Shown here in pieces: positions 38,177 through 51,500 of a stretch of 64,000 nt of DNA; position 1 is the stretch's first letter; every line of letters begins with the position of its first letter. Origin of the DNA: Macrostomum lignano (taxonomy: Eukaryota); assembly GCA_002269645.1 (NCBI GenBank), contig NIVC01002822.1, positions 62,001 through 126,000 on the forward strand, written 5' to 3'. The notes below the pieces were generated by a model that was given only the letters and a program-made list of their open reading frames with translations, ran no database searches and had not been told where the DNA came from. Made by a program: the position numbers and the translations under genes.

Positions 38177-38435
38177 CAATTAAAACTGCTACAGTATCAG
38201 AATACTTCCAAGTAGCGCAGGCGGACAGGCACTCCGATAAGTGTTTGAAAAAATGGCCGCAAAAAGGGGGAAATCTTGAGAAAAAAATGAACAAGTTGAC
38301 CAAAAATATGAAACCAGCAAGAAAAGCTTGACAGCAATAAGCAATGAAACTGTCAATGATAAGGCAACTCGAACACAATACTCTGTAGCTGCTGATGCTG
38401 CTTGAGCTCTCCCAACAAGTCAAACTAGAAAGTGA

Positions 38436-38612
38436 TCAATAAACCCAGTTAACCGGCACCCACTGGTGCTTGGTGTGCACCAGATCCACGCACTGCTTCA
38501 GCTGGGCGATGGTGTCCTCGATGTCGTTATTGATGATCTTCAGGTCAAAGTAGTGCCCGTAGTGCCGCTCCAGCAGCTCGCTCTCCTTGGCCAGCCGCTC
38601 CAGGCTGCCGTC
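38436..38612 (-). CDS. CASK: CASK last exon (GuK end, stop)
   Basis: 177 nt; [14 protein letters not shown]...WVPVNWVY*. Confidence 0.97.
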   Translation of the reverse strand, partial: DGSLERLAKESELLERHYGHYFDLKIINNDIEDTIAQLKQCVDLVHTKHQWVPVNWVY

Positions 38613-41600
38613 CTGCGGCAGTTCGAGGGGGGGGAGATAGAAAAGGGGGAGCGCTAAGCAACCGTGAGAAGTAGACAGGTGGAAGTTGACAGAGTGAGAG
38701 GTAGACAGGTGGAAGTTGACAAAGTGAGAGGTAGACAGGTGGAAGTTGACAGAGTGAGAAGTAGACAGGTGGAAGTTGACAGAGTGAGAGGTAGACAGGT
38801 GGAAGTTGACAAAGTGAGAGGTAGACAGGTGGAAGTTGACAGAGTGAGAAGTAGACAGGTGGAAGTTGACAGAGTGAGAGGTAGACAGGTGGAAGTTGAC
38901 AGAGTGAGAGGTAGACAGGTGGAAGTTGACAGAGTGAGAGGTAGACAGCAGAAGTAGACAAAGGGAGAGGTAGACAGCAGAAGCAGACAAAGGGAGAGAT
39001 AGACAGCAGAAGTAGGCAATGTGGACGTGAGAAACGCAGAAGTAGGCAATATGGACATGAGAAACGCAGTAGGCAATATGGACATGAGAAACGCAGAGGC
39101 AGCTCACATTGAGTCCGTGCACGTCACTCATGGTGCTGAGCTCGGGCGCAGCGATGAAGACCACGTAGGGCGCGAACTCGGCGGTGCGCAGGACGCGCAA
39201 CGCCTGCGGCTCAACGTCAAGGATGGCGACTTTGCCGTGCCGATGAATCTCCCGAATGGTGTCCAGCTTGGTGCCGTACATGGCGTCCTCGTGGGTGCCG
39301 TACTCCAGGTACTCGTTGTTGGTGATGTCCCGCATCATCTCCTCGCGGCCCACGAAATAATAACTGCGCCCGTTCACCTCGTTCTTGCCGGGAGGCCGGG
39401 TCGTGTCTGCGGTGGGGTGTCAGAGATCTACTACTGATCCGGGTTGATTACTAGTAGTATGTAAAGTATACGTCAATGAGCTACGGCTGACACTTGAAAA
39501 AGTTCAGAGAGGTTCTGATCTGAGTGACCCCTTTGGTTGCTCAGGACGGGTTACAATGGTTTCTCAGGACGGGTTCCAATGGTCACTCAGGACGGGTTCC
39601 AATGGTCACTCAGGAAGGGTTCCAATGGTCACTCAGGACGGGTTCCAATGGTCACTCAGGAAGGGTTCCAATGGTTTCTCAGGACGGGTTCCAATGGTCA
39701 CTCAGGACGGGTTCCAATGGTCACTCAGGACGGGTTCCAATGGTCACTCAGGACGGGTTCCAATGGTCACTCAGGACGGGTTCCAATGGTCACTCAGGAC
39801 GGGTTCCAATGGTCACTCAGGAAGGGTTCCAATGGTCACTCAGGAAGGGTTCCAATGGTCACTCAGGAAGGGTTCCAATGGTCACTCAGGAAGGGTTCCA
39901 ATGGTCACTCAGGACGGGTTCCAATGGTCACTCAGGACGGGTTCCAATGGTCACTCAGGACGGGTTCTAATGGTCACTCAGGACGGGTTCTAATGGTCAC
40001 TCAGGAAGGGTTCCAATGGTCACTCAGGAAGGGTTCCAATGGTCACTCAGGAAGGGTTCCAATGGTCACTCAGGACGGGTTCCAATGGTCACTCAGGACG
40101 GGTTCCAATGGTCACTCAGGACGGGTTCCAATGGTCACTCAGGACGGGTTCCAATGGTTTCTCAGGACGGGTTCCAATGGTTTCTCAGGACGGGTTCCAA
40201 TGGTCACTCAGGACGGGTTCCAATGGTCACTCAGGAAGGGTTCCAATGGTCACTCAGGAAGGGTTCCAATGGTCACTCAGGAAGGGTTCCAATGGTCACT
40301 CGGGAAGGGTTCCAATGGTCACTCAGGAAGGGTTCCAATGGTCACTCGGGAAGGGTTCCAATGGTCACTCGGGAAGGGTTCCAATGGTCACTCGGGAAGG
40401 GTTCCAATGGTCACTCGGGAAGGGTTCCAATGGTTGCTTGGACGCGAATTCAGCGGTGACATCAAAGGCCCCCAGAGCAGGCAGCCAGGCCAGCCGGACT
40501 CACGCGGAATCGGGTAGGCGAAGCGGTCGGGCGCGGACTGGATCAGCGTGTTCTTGATGTGACGCCTGCCAACGCCGTGGGCGCCAAGCAGCACCAGCGT
40601 CTTCCTGCGGAAGTTGGTGAGCTGCACCACCTCCTCGTACGTGACCATCTCCAGCTGGTCGTAGGCCGCGGCCGCGAACTGCTGCTGCTTGCCGGCCATG
40701 CCGGCGCCGCCGCGCTGTTTAGTGCCAGATTTGGCGCCCTGGCGCCGACCAAACGAGAAGAGGCCGGCACCGCAGTTCACGGGGTCCTTCTTTGATCGTT
40801 CGATCGCGGTGCAGGCGGCGCGCCATTCCTGCAGCTCGGGCGACGGAATCATGCTGGCCGGCGTGTTGCTGGGGGCGTTCCAGGCCCGGGCCTGGGGGCG
40901 GTGGGTTACGTGGGCCAAGTGTATCAATTGTGTCAAAGGTCACATGGGTCAAGTGTGTCAAAGGTGACGTTGGTCAAGTGTGTCAAAGATCACATGGGTC
41001 AAGTGGGTCAAAGGTCACGTGGGTCAGGTGTGTCAAAAGTCATCTGGGTCAAGTGAGTCAAAAGTCACATGGGTCAAGTGTGTCAAAGGTCACATGGGTC
41101 AAGTGGGTCAAGGTCACATGGGTCAAGTGGGTCAAAGGTCACATGGGTCAAGTGAGTCAAAGGTCACATTGGTTAAGTGTGTAAAGGTCACATGGGTCAA
41201 GTGTGTCAAAGATCACATGGGTCAAGTGGGTCAAAGGTCACACATGGGTCAAGTAGGTCAAAGGTCACATGGGTCAAGTGGGTCAAAGGTCACACATGGG
41301 TCAAGTGGGTCAAAGGTCACATGGGTCAAGTGGGTCAAAGGTCACACATGGGTCAAGTGAGTGTAATAAGTCAAGATTAAATTTAAAAAATGCGCAAACC
41401 AGGATGAAGGGCATAACTTAAGGGCAAGGCCGGTCAAGGGCTTCCAGAAGGTCAATCTTACCTGCCACCAATGATGGTCGTCTTTGCTGATGACTTGCAG
41501 GACGTCGCCAACCCGGAAGCGGATACCGGCCTGAGGACACGGGTGCAGCTCGTCCTCGTCGGGATTGTAGTTGAACATGGCTTTCACGTAGATCTGGTGG

Positions 41601-44600
41601 GCGGTAGGTGTGGGCTTGGCTAATATGAACGGATGCACGCTAACATTGCTACTGACACTAAGACTGTAAGTAGACAAAACGGTGGTTAGAAATTTATTCA
41701 AGATCATTCAGTTCAAATATTATTCAAACCAGAAAGGAGCACTGATCACATTTGCAAGCTAACTAGCACTATTAAAGTAACATTAATTTTGCTACTAATT
41801 AGTCAACCTATGACATTAAAAAAGGTTTTTAAAAATAACAACATATTGGAAATGAACAGCAGAATTTCATGTTTATGCGCAGATGGGCGACATTTATAAT
41901 GCATGGATTTAGTAGCACTACAATCATGAAGTGATATGGGAAACTGACCCAGCAACTGAGGATCTGGGAGGCTGGCCCAGCAACTGAGGATCTGGGAGGC
42001 TGGCCCAGCAACTGAGGATCTGGGAGGCTGGCCCAGCAACTGAGGATCTGGGAGGCTGGCCCAGCAACTGAGGATCTGGGAGGCTGGCCCAGCAACTGAG
42101 GATCTGGGAAGCTGGCCCAGCAACTGAGGATCTGGGAGGCTGGCCCAGCAACTGAGGATCTGGGAGGCTGGCCCAGCAACTGAGGATCTGGGAGGCTGGC
42201 CCAGCAACTGAGGATCTGGGAGGCTGGCCCAGCAACTGAGGATCTGGGAGGCTGGCCCAGCAACTGAGGATCTGGGAGGCTGGCCCAGCAACTGAGGATC
42301 TGGGAGGCTGGCCCAGAACTGAGGATCTGGGAGGTTGGCCCAGCAACTGAGGATCTGGGAGGCTGGCCCAGCAACTGAGGATCTGGGAGAGTGCCCAGTC
42401 GGTGAACACAGGACTCTGTGCATTCATGCGCAGATGGGCGAGCCTGATCTCGAACCCTGATTCTTACAGATTCCGGGACAGAAAAATTGCAGAATATACA
42501 ATCATTGTGAATTATACGATTGGAATTTTAATGGGAAAACTAGACCAATTCACATGATTTAATGCTGTTTAGTATAAAAGAAAATCGAACTTGGTGCAGG
42601 GCTGTAAGATTTAGCAATTCAATCAGAGGTCGCACAACAGAAGCCAATAAGCGAGCAAAATTTTTATAACCATAAATTTCAACACGCGAAGAAGTTGATA
42701 AATGAAAGACTGAATTTTGTGAATTTATGAACGAGTGAAGTGGTGATTAGGCAAATTAGTGAACCCGTGAATGAATGTATCCATGAATGACTGAACCCAT
42801 GAATGAGTGAAGCCGTGAATGAATGTATTAGTGAATGAGTGAACCCATAAATGAATGAACTCGTGAATGAGTGAACTCGTGAATGAATGCATCCGTGAAT
42901 GAATCAGTGAATAAGGTGAATGAGTGAAGCCATAAATGAGTGAACTCGTGAATGAATGCATCCGTGAATGAGTGAAATCGTGAATGAATGCATCCGTGAA
43001 TGAGTGAACCCGTGAATGAACGTATTTATGAATGAATGCATCGTGAATGAGTGAAATCGTGAATGAATGCATCCGTGAATGAGTGAACCCGTGAATGAAT
43101 GTATCCGTGAATGAATGTATTAGTGAATGAATGCATCCGTGAATGAGTGAATTCGTGAATGAGTGAATTCGTGAATGAATGCATCCGTGAATGAGTGAAG
43201 CCATGAATGAGTGAACTCGTGAGTGAATGCATCCGTGAATGAGTGAACGAGGTGAATGAGTGAAGCCATGAATGAGTGAACTCGTGAGTGAATGCACCCG
43301 TGAATGTGATGGAATCCGTGATTGTTGGTATACCTCGCACTGCATTGGGTGATTTCGGTAGCTGGGTACAATTTTCAAAGTGACGCTGCCCCGAGCCTCT
43401 TTCTGAAATGTGTTTAGAAAATTAAAGTAATAAGCCTGTGAGTCACGACTCGATTGCATCTAAGAACTGAGCAGGGTCGCCTGCTGTTGCGGGAGCACTC
43501 CGATTAGCCAATAGGAAAACTGATTTCTTAGAAAAAGCGCAGTGTGGGAGAATAAACTAGAAAATATAGGCAATACTTGGAAATTATTAAAACAGCACTG
43601 CCTTCCGACCGATTTCACTGAGCTTGATCGCATGTACATAATTTATGCACATTCCACACGATAATGCGCATGCTATATGTGTACAATGAAAATAATTTGT
43701 ATACTGTCTATGATAATGCATACTTATATGTACATTGCTCATGATAGTGTGTACAGGATATGCACATTGCTCATGATTATGTGTACAATGCATGCACATT
43801 GATCATGATCATGTGTACAGTACATGCAAATCGCTCATGATAATGTATACAGTACATGCAAATCGCTCATGATAATGTGTACAGTGAATGTACATTGCTC
43901 ATGATAATGTGTACAGTGTATGTACATTTCTCATGATTGTGTACAGGACATGTACATTGCTCATGACAATGTGTACAGGACATGTAAATTGCTCATGATT
44001 ATGTGTACAGTGAATGTACATTGCTCATGATAATGTGTACAGGACATGCACATTGCTCATGATTATGTGTACAATGCGTGCACATTGCTCATGATTATGT
44101 GTACGGGACATGCAAATCGCTCATGACAATATGTACAAAATTCATATCAGCAGTCGAAGATAAACAAACCATAATCAGAGCAAGTGAATTAAAAATGCTT
44201 TACAAAATGGAACAATGCACCAAAAGCCAAACACACTTATAATTATTATCAATAAGGTGAGATATAAATTAACTAAATGATAAACTCTAACCAAGGCCCA
44301 ATGTTAAGAGCAGTGGGGATAGAGTGCACTCAGAACCGTGACTAGGATAAATAAGATAATGATTATATATTAGTGAGTGGCATAAACATCCTGTGAGACT
44401 TTAATAACCAAATCATATCAGGAGTCACTGGTTATTAAAGTGAATAAAATGTAGAAATTTATTGAAACAGCTATTGAATACATTCTCATTGCTGCAGTGC
44501 TGAATGCAAAAGCCATTCCATCGGACTGCGGAGTCCCATTGCACAGCTTCAGCATCTGCTGTAGCAATTGTAAGCCAACTACATCACCAGCAGCTGGACA

Positions 44601-47600
44601 AAGCTGCTGCTTGCACTCACAGCTGCATCATCCATTGGTTACTCACCTTGTACTGTCCACCTGCTTTGATTTCCCCTCTCTGTCTACTGTCTCCCTCACC
44701 TGTCTTACTGTCTTCCTTATCTGTCTTACTGTCTTCCTTATCTATCTTACTGTCTTCTTATCTGTCTTACTGTCTCCCTCACCTGTCTACTCTCTCCTTC
44801 ACCTGTCTACTCTTCCCCTTATCCTGTCTACTCTCTCCCTACCCTGTCTACTACTCCCTTCATCACCTGTCTACCTCTCATCCCACCTGTCTACCTCACC
44901 TGTTTACCCCACCTGTCTACTCTCACCCTACATGTCTACTCTCATCCCACCTGTCTATCTCTCTACCTCACCTGTCTACCTCTCTCACTCATGTCTACCT
45001 CTCTACCTCACCTGTCTACCTCTCTCACTCATGTCTACCTCTCTACCTCACCTGTCTACCTCTCTAACTCATGTTTACCTCTCTACCTCACCTGTCTACC
45101 TCTCTAACTCATGTTTACCTCTCTACCTCATCTGTCTACCTCTCTACCTCACTTGTCTACCTCTAACTCACCTGTATGCCTCTCTACCTCACCTGTGTAC
45201 TTCTAACTCACCTGTCTACGCTTATCTCACCTATCTGCTTTCATCCCACTTGTCTACTCTCATCGCACTTATCTACTCTAATCTCATCTGTCTACTCCCC
45301 CCACACAGACCTCACACACAGTAGCACATCAACCCGCACAAAGAAATCACCAAGTTTACCTCCTTGAACGATTGGCACACTGTCTTAGGCGCGCAAAGGC
45401 TTGGCACAATTTTTATCGTCACCATGCCGCGTAGAGATTTCTGCGAATTTAATAAACGCGATAGATAATAGCCTGTAGGTCAATGCTCCGGACACGCTAC
45501 TGACAGTAGACAAAACAGCATATGTCAGAGACGTACTGCAGAAAATGAATATTTTCATTATTATAAACCGAGGCAAATGACTGAATCGGAGTGCTCTAAT
45601 GAAGCTAATCTGACACAACTAATACAAAATAACACAAGCATTTAGGGGCCAAAGCTCACCAGCAGTCGCTGCAGAGCCTCAACGGACTGGCCAAGCACAG
45701 GCTCGCCATTGATTTCTCGAATCTCGTCGCCAACATGAAGCGTGCCTTGAAAATATTTTATAATAAAAACATAGAAATCGCGAACATCTTAGATACACTA
45801 CTTAAAAGTAATGCTCGTTTCTTTAAATTGTTGTAAGAATTGAAAAACTTAAATTTTATTGCCTAAATGCTGTTGCCTGGATAGTAACTAATTTGGATTG
45901 GAATTACGAAAATCGGGGATCCGTGAATATGGGACTCAGTGAAGATTAGGGATCCGTGAATATGGGAGTCCGTGAAGATTTGGGATCCTTGAAAAGGAAA
46001 GTCCGTGAAGATAGGGTCCGTGAAGATTAAGAATCCGTGAAAATTGAGGATCCGTGAAGATGGGATAAGTGAAGATGGGGATCCGAGTAGATTGAGGATC
46101 CGTGAAGATGCGAGTCCGAGAAGAAGATTGAAGATCCGTGAAGATGGGGATCCGTGAAGATTGAGGATCCGTGAAGATAGGGATCCGTGAAGATGGGGAT
46201 CCGAGTAGATTGAGGATCCGTGAAGATGGGAGCCCAAGAAGAAGATTGAGGATTTGTGAAGATGGGGATCCGAGTAGATTGAGGATTTGTGAAGATGGGG
46301 ATCCGAGTATATTGAGGATCCGTGAAGATGCGAGTCCGAGAAGAAGATTGAAGATCCGTGAAGATGGGGATCCGTGAAGATTGAGGATCCGTGAAGATGG
46401 GGATCCGAGTAGATTGAGGATCCGTGAAGATAGGGATCCGTGAAGATGGGGATCCGAGTAGATTGAGGATCCGTGAAGATAGGGATCCGTGAAGATGGGG
46501 ATCCGAGAAGATTGAGGATCCGTGAAGATAGGGATCCGTGAAGATGGGGATCCGGGAAGATTGAGGATCCGTGAAGATGGGGATCCGTGAAGATGGGGAT
46601 CCGTGAAGTTGGGGATCCGAGTAGATTGAGGATCCGTGAAGATAGGGATCCGTGAAGATGGGGATCCGTGAAGTTTGGGATCCGTGAAGATGGGGATCCG
46701 TGAAGATAGTGATCCATGAAGATGGGGATCCATAAAGATGGGGACCCGTAAATTCGGATTTCAAAATCAAACGGCAATTTCCAGGAATTGAAACCCCCCT
46801 GCACTGCACAATCTAATCCTGTGAACGGCAGTCTTACCCTGCCTGTGAATCATGCCGCCGTGCATAATCCTGGCCACGATAATCTTGTTCTCCTCCGACA
46901 TTTTCAGCGTGATGCCCTGCGCAGTGGAGCGGGGTGAACTGGTAAATGCGGTGCAGCAATCATGGCTAATGCGCTTTGCTTGTAGAAAACGCAAAAAGAA
47001 ACGCAAAGTAAAGTGAAGGAGTGGTGGCTTAAGTTACAGTATGCGCACAGGTAAAGAGACGTGCGAGTACAAGAGCTGTTTAGCATGTTGGGATTTGTGA
47101 TTATCAATACACTACGAATGATCAGAACCTTTGAAAGTTAAGCAGAGCTGACAGCGGTTAGTAAACTCAGAATATTCTTATCAAAGTGCACCTGTTATCT
47201 ATCTCAGCAGTTTGACAACTTGCTGAGCGGGAGTTGCACAGGTATACTCAGTCACTGAGTCACTCACTCAGTCACTCACTCATTCACTCACTCAGTCACT
47301 CATTCACTCACTCAGTCACTCACTCAGTCACTCATTCACTCACTCACTCATTCACTCAGTCACTCACTCAGTCTCTCACTCACTCACACAATCCCCACTA
47401 GCTTAATTGTCCCTCTGCACAGCCATAAAAGTAAAACCGAAAACCCACCATTGGCTCATTGGTGTTCTTCTGAAACTGCACCAGTCTGACTCGGGTGACA
47501 TTGTCGGGTTCGGCGTCCAGGCCGCCTTCGTCGGCAACGTCACCGTTCAGATAGGAGGACAGCGGCGGCGGGGTCACCCGGATGGCTTGGTCGCTGTACA

Positions 47601-48494
47601 CGTCGTGGGCGAGCACGTCGTGGGCTTGAAGGAGCGCCTGCAGAGATAAGGGTAGGATTTAGTGGGAAATATAGGATTGGCTCTAGAGTTTTCTTTGAAC
47701 ATCATTTATTTAGCAGTCAGTATGTGGCGCCGATGAGAAACCAGTGTGGCGCCGATGGGGAAACCAGTGTGGCGCCGATGGGGAAACCAGTGTGGCGCCG
47801 ATGGGGAAACCAGTGTGGTGCCGATAGGGAAGCCAGTGTGGCGCCGATGGGGAAGCCAGTGTGGCGCCTATAAGGAAACCAGTGTGGCGCCAAAAAGACA
47901 GCCAGTGTGGCGCCAAAAAGACAGCCAGTGTGGCGCCAACAGGGAAGCCAGTGTGGCGCCAACAGGGAAGTCAGTGTGGCGCTAATAAGGAAGCCAGTGT
48001 GAAGGCCAGAGCAATACTAATGTGAAAAAGCAATCACTGGCCGATACGAGGCTCTCCAGTGCATCGCCATTGCACACGGCTGCACCCGCTGATAACGATC
48101 GGGCACTGCTGCAGAGCAAGGCTTGCCAAAGCCACAAATTCTCAAAGTCAGTCAGCCAAAAATGTTCGGTCAAAATGCTAGTTAACTGACCTCAAGGCAC
48201 TGCACTATTGTTAAAAAAATAATTTTATTCACTGTTGGCTCTCAACAATTCTGCACTACTTGCATTGGAGAACTTGTGGAAGCCTTCTGGGCTGGTGTTA
48301 ATGGCTGGGAATATATGGTGGGAAAACAAACAAATAATGGACTGACAGACGGACAGATAGACAGACAGACACTAAGACAGACAGACAGACAGACAGACAG
48401 ACAGGCAGACAGACAGACAGATAGACACACAGACAGACAAACAGACAGGCAGACACAGACAGACAGACAGACAGGCAGACAGACAGACAGACAC

Positions 48495-48525
<31 letters not shown>

Positions 48526-51500
48526 CACACAGACAGACAGACAGGCAGACAGACAGGCAGACAGACAGACAGACAGACAGACAGGCAGATAGACAGACAG
48601 ACAGACACAGGCAGGCGCTCACCCAGATGACGAGGTCATCCTTACTCAGCCCGCACTGCGTAAGCGCGGGGCGGCACCGCTCGCACTGGCAGAGCAGCTG
48701 GCCAGCTGCCTCGGGCTGCATCAAAATCCCCTGGCCGCTACTCAGGAGCAGCTCCGAATTCCGATTGATCGATCGCTGCTAAGCAAGGCCTATTCTGACA
48801 GCCAACAACTGAGCTTTCGGGTTTTTCCTACCTCAGGACCTGGCGCTGGGCAGCTCGGAATTTATGCGCGAGGAGGCGATTAGGAAGGGAGGGGGCGGGC
48901 CGGGACCCCCGATTCGCAGCAGAAGCGAATCGCGCAGAACAAGCGCAGCGCACGGCTGGGGAGTGGCCGGTGGGTCGAAGCGAAAAATCCCACGCGAAGC
49001 ATACTTTTATTAATCCAATCTCTGCTGGATTAGCAACAGCACACAACTGCTGACAGGCAGCTGCGGCTCTCCCCGTTTCATCGGAATTTTCCTCTCTGCC
49101 TGCCAGCCAGTCAGTCAGTCAGTCAGTCAGTCAGTCAGTCAGTCAGTCAGTCAGTCAGTCAGTCAGTCAGCCAGTCAGTCAGTCAGTCAGTCAGTCAGTC
49201 AGTCAGTCAGTCAGTCAGTCAGTCAGTCAGTCAGTCAGTCAGTCAGTCAGTCAGTCAGTCAGTCAGTCAGTCAGTCAGTCAGTCAGTCAGTCAGTCAGTC
49301 AGTCAGTCAGTCAGTCAGTCAGTCAGTCAGTCAGTCAGTCAGTCAGTCAGTCAGTCAGTCAGTCAGTCACCCACTCACTCAAGTCAGTCAGTCAGTCAGT
49401 CAAATTCTACTCTCCCAATCGATCGAGCAGCCCAGACTCTGCAGGGCATTCATTTGGCAGAGGCGGTGTTGGGGAAAAGCCGGACACAGCACAGTCTGTC
49501 TGCATGCTGGCACGGAGAGACTCCCGCATTCAGAAAGATTAATGCCCACAGGGGGAGAGACATGAAATTGTCAGTCTGCAGGCGCCGTGCCGGACCAGCC
49601 ACTTGCGGGCTGCACACTCTTGCAGTTGTAAATTCTGCATAAAAAAGTGACAATAAAAGTTCCCAGGCACAGAAGTGGCTGGTGAAAAAACGCTAAAATG
49701 TTTTTGCAATTCGCGGATTCAAACTGCCTTTCTGCGGCCTGGAGCCATTTTGGCTGATGAAGGCGCACCAGTGTGAGAGAATGGGTGCCTGGGCATGCTG
49801 TGAGAGAATGGGTGCCTGGGCATGCTGTGAGAGAATGGGTGCCTGGGCATGCTGGAAGGAGGGGTATTTTAGGGCCACGGAAGCTGCATGGCGCCAAGAA
49901 GAGACATATTTTGGCGCAAAAGAGGCTGCGTAACGCCTAGAAGGGGTATTTTAGTACCAAGAACGAGTATTTTGGCGCCTAGAAGGGGTATTTTGGCGCC
50001 AAGCAAGAAGAGGTATTTTTATGCCAAGAAGGGGTATTTTGGCGCCAAGAGGCTGTCTAGCGCCAAGAAGGGGTATTTTGGCGCCAAGAAAGAAGGGGTA
50101 TTTTGGCGCCAAGCAAGAAGGGGTATTTTTATGCCAAGAAGGGGTATTTTGGCGCTAAGAGGCTGTCTAGCGCCAAGAAGGGGTATTTTGGCGCCAAGAA
50201 AGAAGGGGTATTTTGGCGCCAAGAAAGAAGGGGTATTTTGGCGCCAAGAAAGAAGGGCTATTTTGGCGCCAAGAAAGAAGGGATATTTTGGCGCCAAGAA
50301 AGAAGGGATATTTTGGCGCCAAGAAAGGGATATTTTGGCGCTAAGAAAGGCTATTTTGGCGCCACGCAGACAGCGCGACACTGATAACTGACAATTCGAT
50401 TCAGTGCGGCCTCAATTCTCCCTCATCGCCCGCACCCCGGCAGCTGCTCACCCTGAAGTGCGGCTGCAGCAGCAGCTCCCGCAGCTCCATGCAGTCGCTG
50501 TAGAACTCCCTGGAGCGGCACTGGCCGATGCTGTCGAGAACGTCCCGGCCGAGGCTGACCGCTTTGTCCGGGATCTGTCCGCGAATGGCCGAGCCGCTCA
50601 GATTGCGACTGTTGATGTGATCGTACAGCTGGGGAAGTGGCCGGGACGGGTTGAGGATCAGCTTTCGTAGTACACGATGCACTTTGTATTTACATTAAAA
50701 CAGTTAGTCAATTAGATTAAAAAAACAATTTAATACTACAGTTCACTGAGGGAATTGAGAATGTGGCACTGGGAGAATTCAGAGTGTGGCCCTGAGGAAA
50801 TTCAGAGTGTGGCACTGGGAGAATTCAGAGTGTGGCACTGAGGGAGTTCAGAGTGTGACACTAAGGGAATTCAGAGTGTGGCACGGAGGGAATTCAGAGT
50901 GCAGCACTGGGGAAATTCAGAGTGGCACTGGGAGAGTTCAGAGTGTGGCACTGGGGGGAATTCAGAGTGTGACACTAAGGGAATTCAGAGTGTGGCACGG
51001 AGGGAATTCAGAGTGCAGCACTGGGGAAATTCAGAGTGTAGCACTGGGGGGATTCAGAATGTGGCATTGGGGGGATTCAGTGTGGCACTGGGGGAATTCA
51101 GAGTGTAGCACTGGGGGGATTCAGAATGTGGCATTGGGGGGATTCAGTGTGGCACTGGGGGAATTCAGAGTGTGGCACTGGGGGAATTCAGAGTGTGGCA
51201 CTGGGGGAATTCAGAGTGCGGCACGGGGAGAATTCAGAGTGCGGCACGGGGAGAATTCAGTGTGTGGCACTGGGGGAATTCAGAGTGCGGCACGGGGAGA
51301 ATTCAGAGTGTGGCACTAAAGTATTCAATAGATTGCCTACAGTAGCCAGCAGCCTCCTACAGTGCAACAGATCTCATTCCCCTATCTGCACGAGATGCAA
51401 AGCAGCAGAAGGAGTCACTCGGACTCGAAGATGGGACAGACGATAACAAAGTTAGCAGGCGCCAGTCCACTACAAAACAATACACGCATGAGTATTCTGC

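Noticed and set aside
38438-38443. AATAAA overlapping the CASK stop codon
   Set aside because: It is on the + strand and is dictated by the conserved ...VY* codons, so it is not a CASK poly(A) signal.
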